DNA of 41,614 bases from a virus. The stretch covers positions 1 to 41,614 of IMG/VR virus record IMGVR_UViG_3300045988_061000; one strand, written 5' to 3'. This document shows, in pieces, positions 41,496-41,614 of this stretch; the first letter of the stretch is position 1; every line of letters begins with the position of its first letter. The notes below the pieces were generated by a model. The model was not told the origin of the DNA, did no database searches, and saw only the letters and a program-made list of their open reading frames with translations. The translations under genes were made by a program, and so were the position numbers.

Positions 41496-41614
41496 CACGC
41501 CATCTTGAGGGGGTGGTGAGCGTACGCTCGTGAGGGTTCAAGTCCCTCCAACCGCACCAAGCTGATTAAATAAGGGCTTACAGGTAATTCTGTAAGCCCT
41601 TATTTTTGCTTGAC
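41496..41614. repeat. attR: right copy of the direct repeat, including a 64-nt tRNA-Leu 3' fragment (41496..41559) and terminator
   Basis: Identical to 1..119. The sequence upstream of 41496 has no GCGGTTG acceptor strand or D arm, so this copy is only a tRNA fragment. Confidence 0.9.

Noticed and set aside
41496-41559. Second tRNA-Leu gene at the right end
   Set aside because: Only the 3' 64 nt are present. The upstream sequence has no matching acceptor strand (GCGGTTG) or D arm, so this is the displaced att fragment and not a functional tRNA.

Overview
The window is one complete temperate contractile-tailed prophage of about 41.4 kb. It is bracketed by a perfect direct repeat of at least 119 bp (1..119 = 41496..41614), which contains the 3' 64 nt of a tRNA-Leu(GAG) gene plus its terminator.

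Gene order, left to right:
- tyrosine integrase (-), a SWIM zinc-finger moron (-), and an ImmA-like peptidase with a CI-like repressor (-)
- divergent Cro-like and excisionase-like HTH genes
- a prophage-borne YadA-type trimeric autotransporter adhesin
- an early/replication block: HUH Rep-like protein, Lar-like protein, SSB, YopX-like protein, C5-methyltransferase-like protein, dUTPase, HNH
- a late-regulator candidate and a probable cos region
- a lambda-like head module: Nu1-like TerS, GpA-like TerL, gpW, portal, ClpP-like protease, decoration protein, gpE-like capsid
- a P2/Mu-like contractile tail and baseplate: sheath, tube, frameshifted chaperones, tape measure, X, D, V, U, W, J, I
- a tail fibre gene, then a lysis cassette (holin candidates, GH25 endolysin, spanin-like overlapping pair)
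- small moron genes next to attR

The AT-rich composition, the adhesin with a post-anchor extension and the spanin-like genes suggest a diderm Firmicute host such as Veillonella. That host assignment is inference only.

The standout feature is 33286..36711. The tail fibre gene is followed by ten silent C-terminal cassettes, none needing a start codon of its own. Each starts at a copy of the core CCAATGGGG(A), which encodes Gln-Trp-Gly. Seven copies are on the + strand and four on the - strand. The array is bounded by a 292-aa tyrosine recombinase gene. This looks like a shufflon-type multiple-inversion system able to place 11 different receptor-binding tips on a single phage tail fibre. All calls come from reading the sequence and the ORF track. 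No database search was possible.
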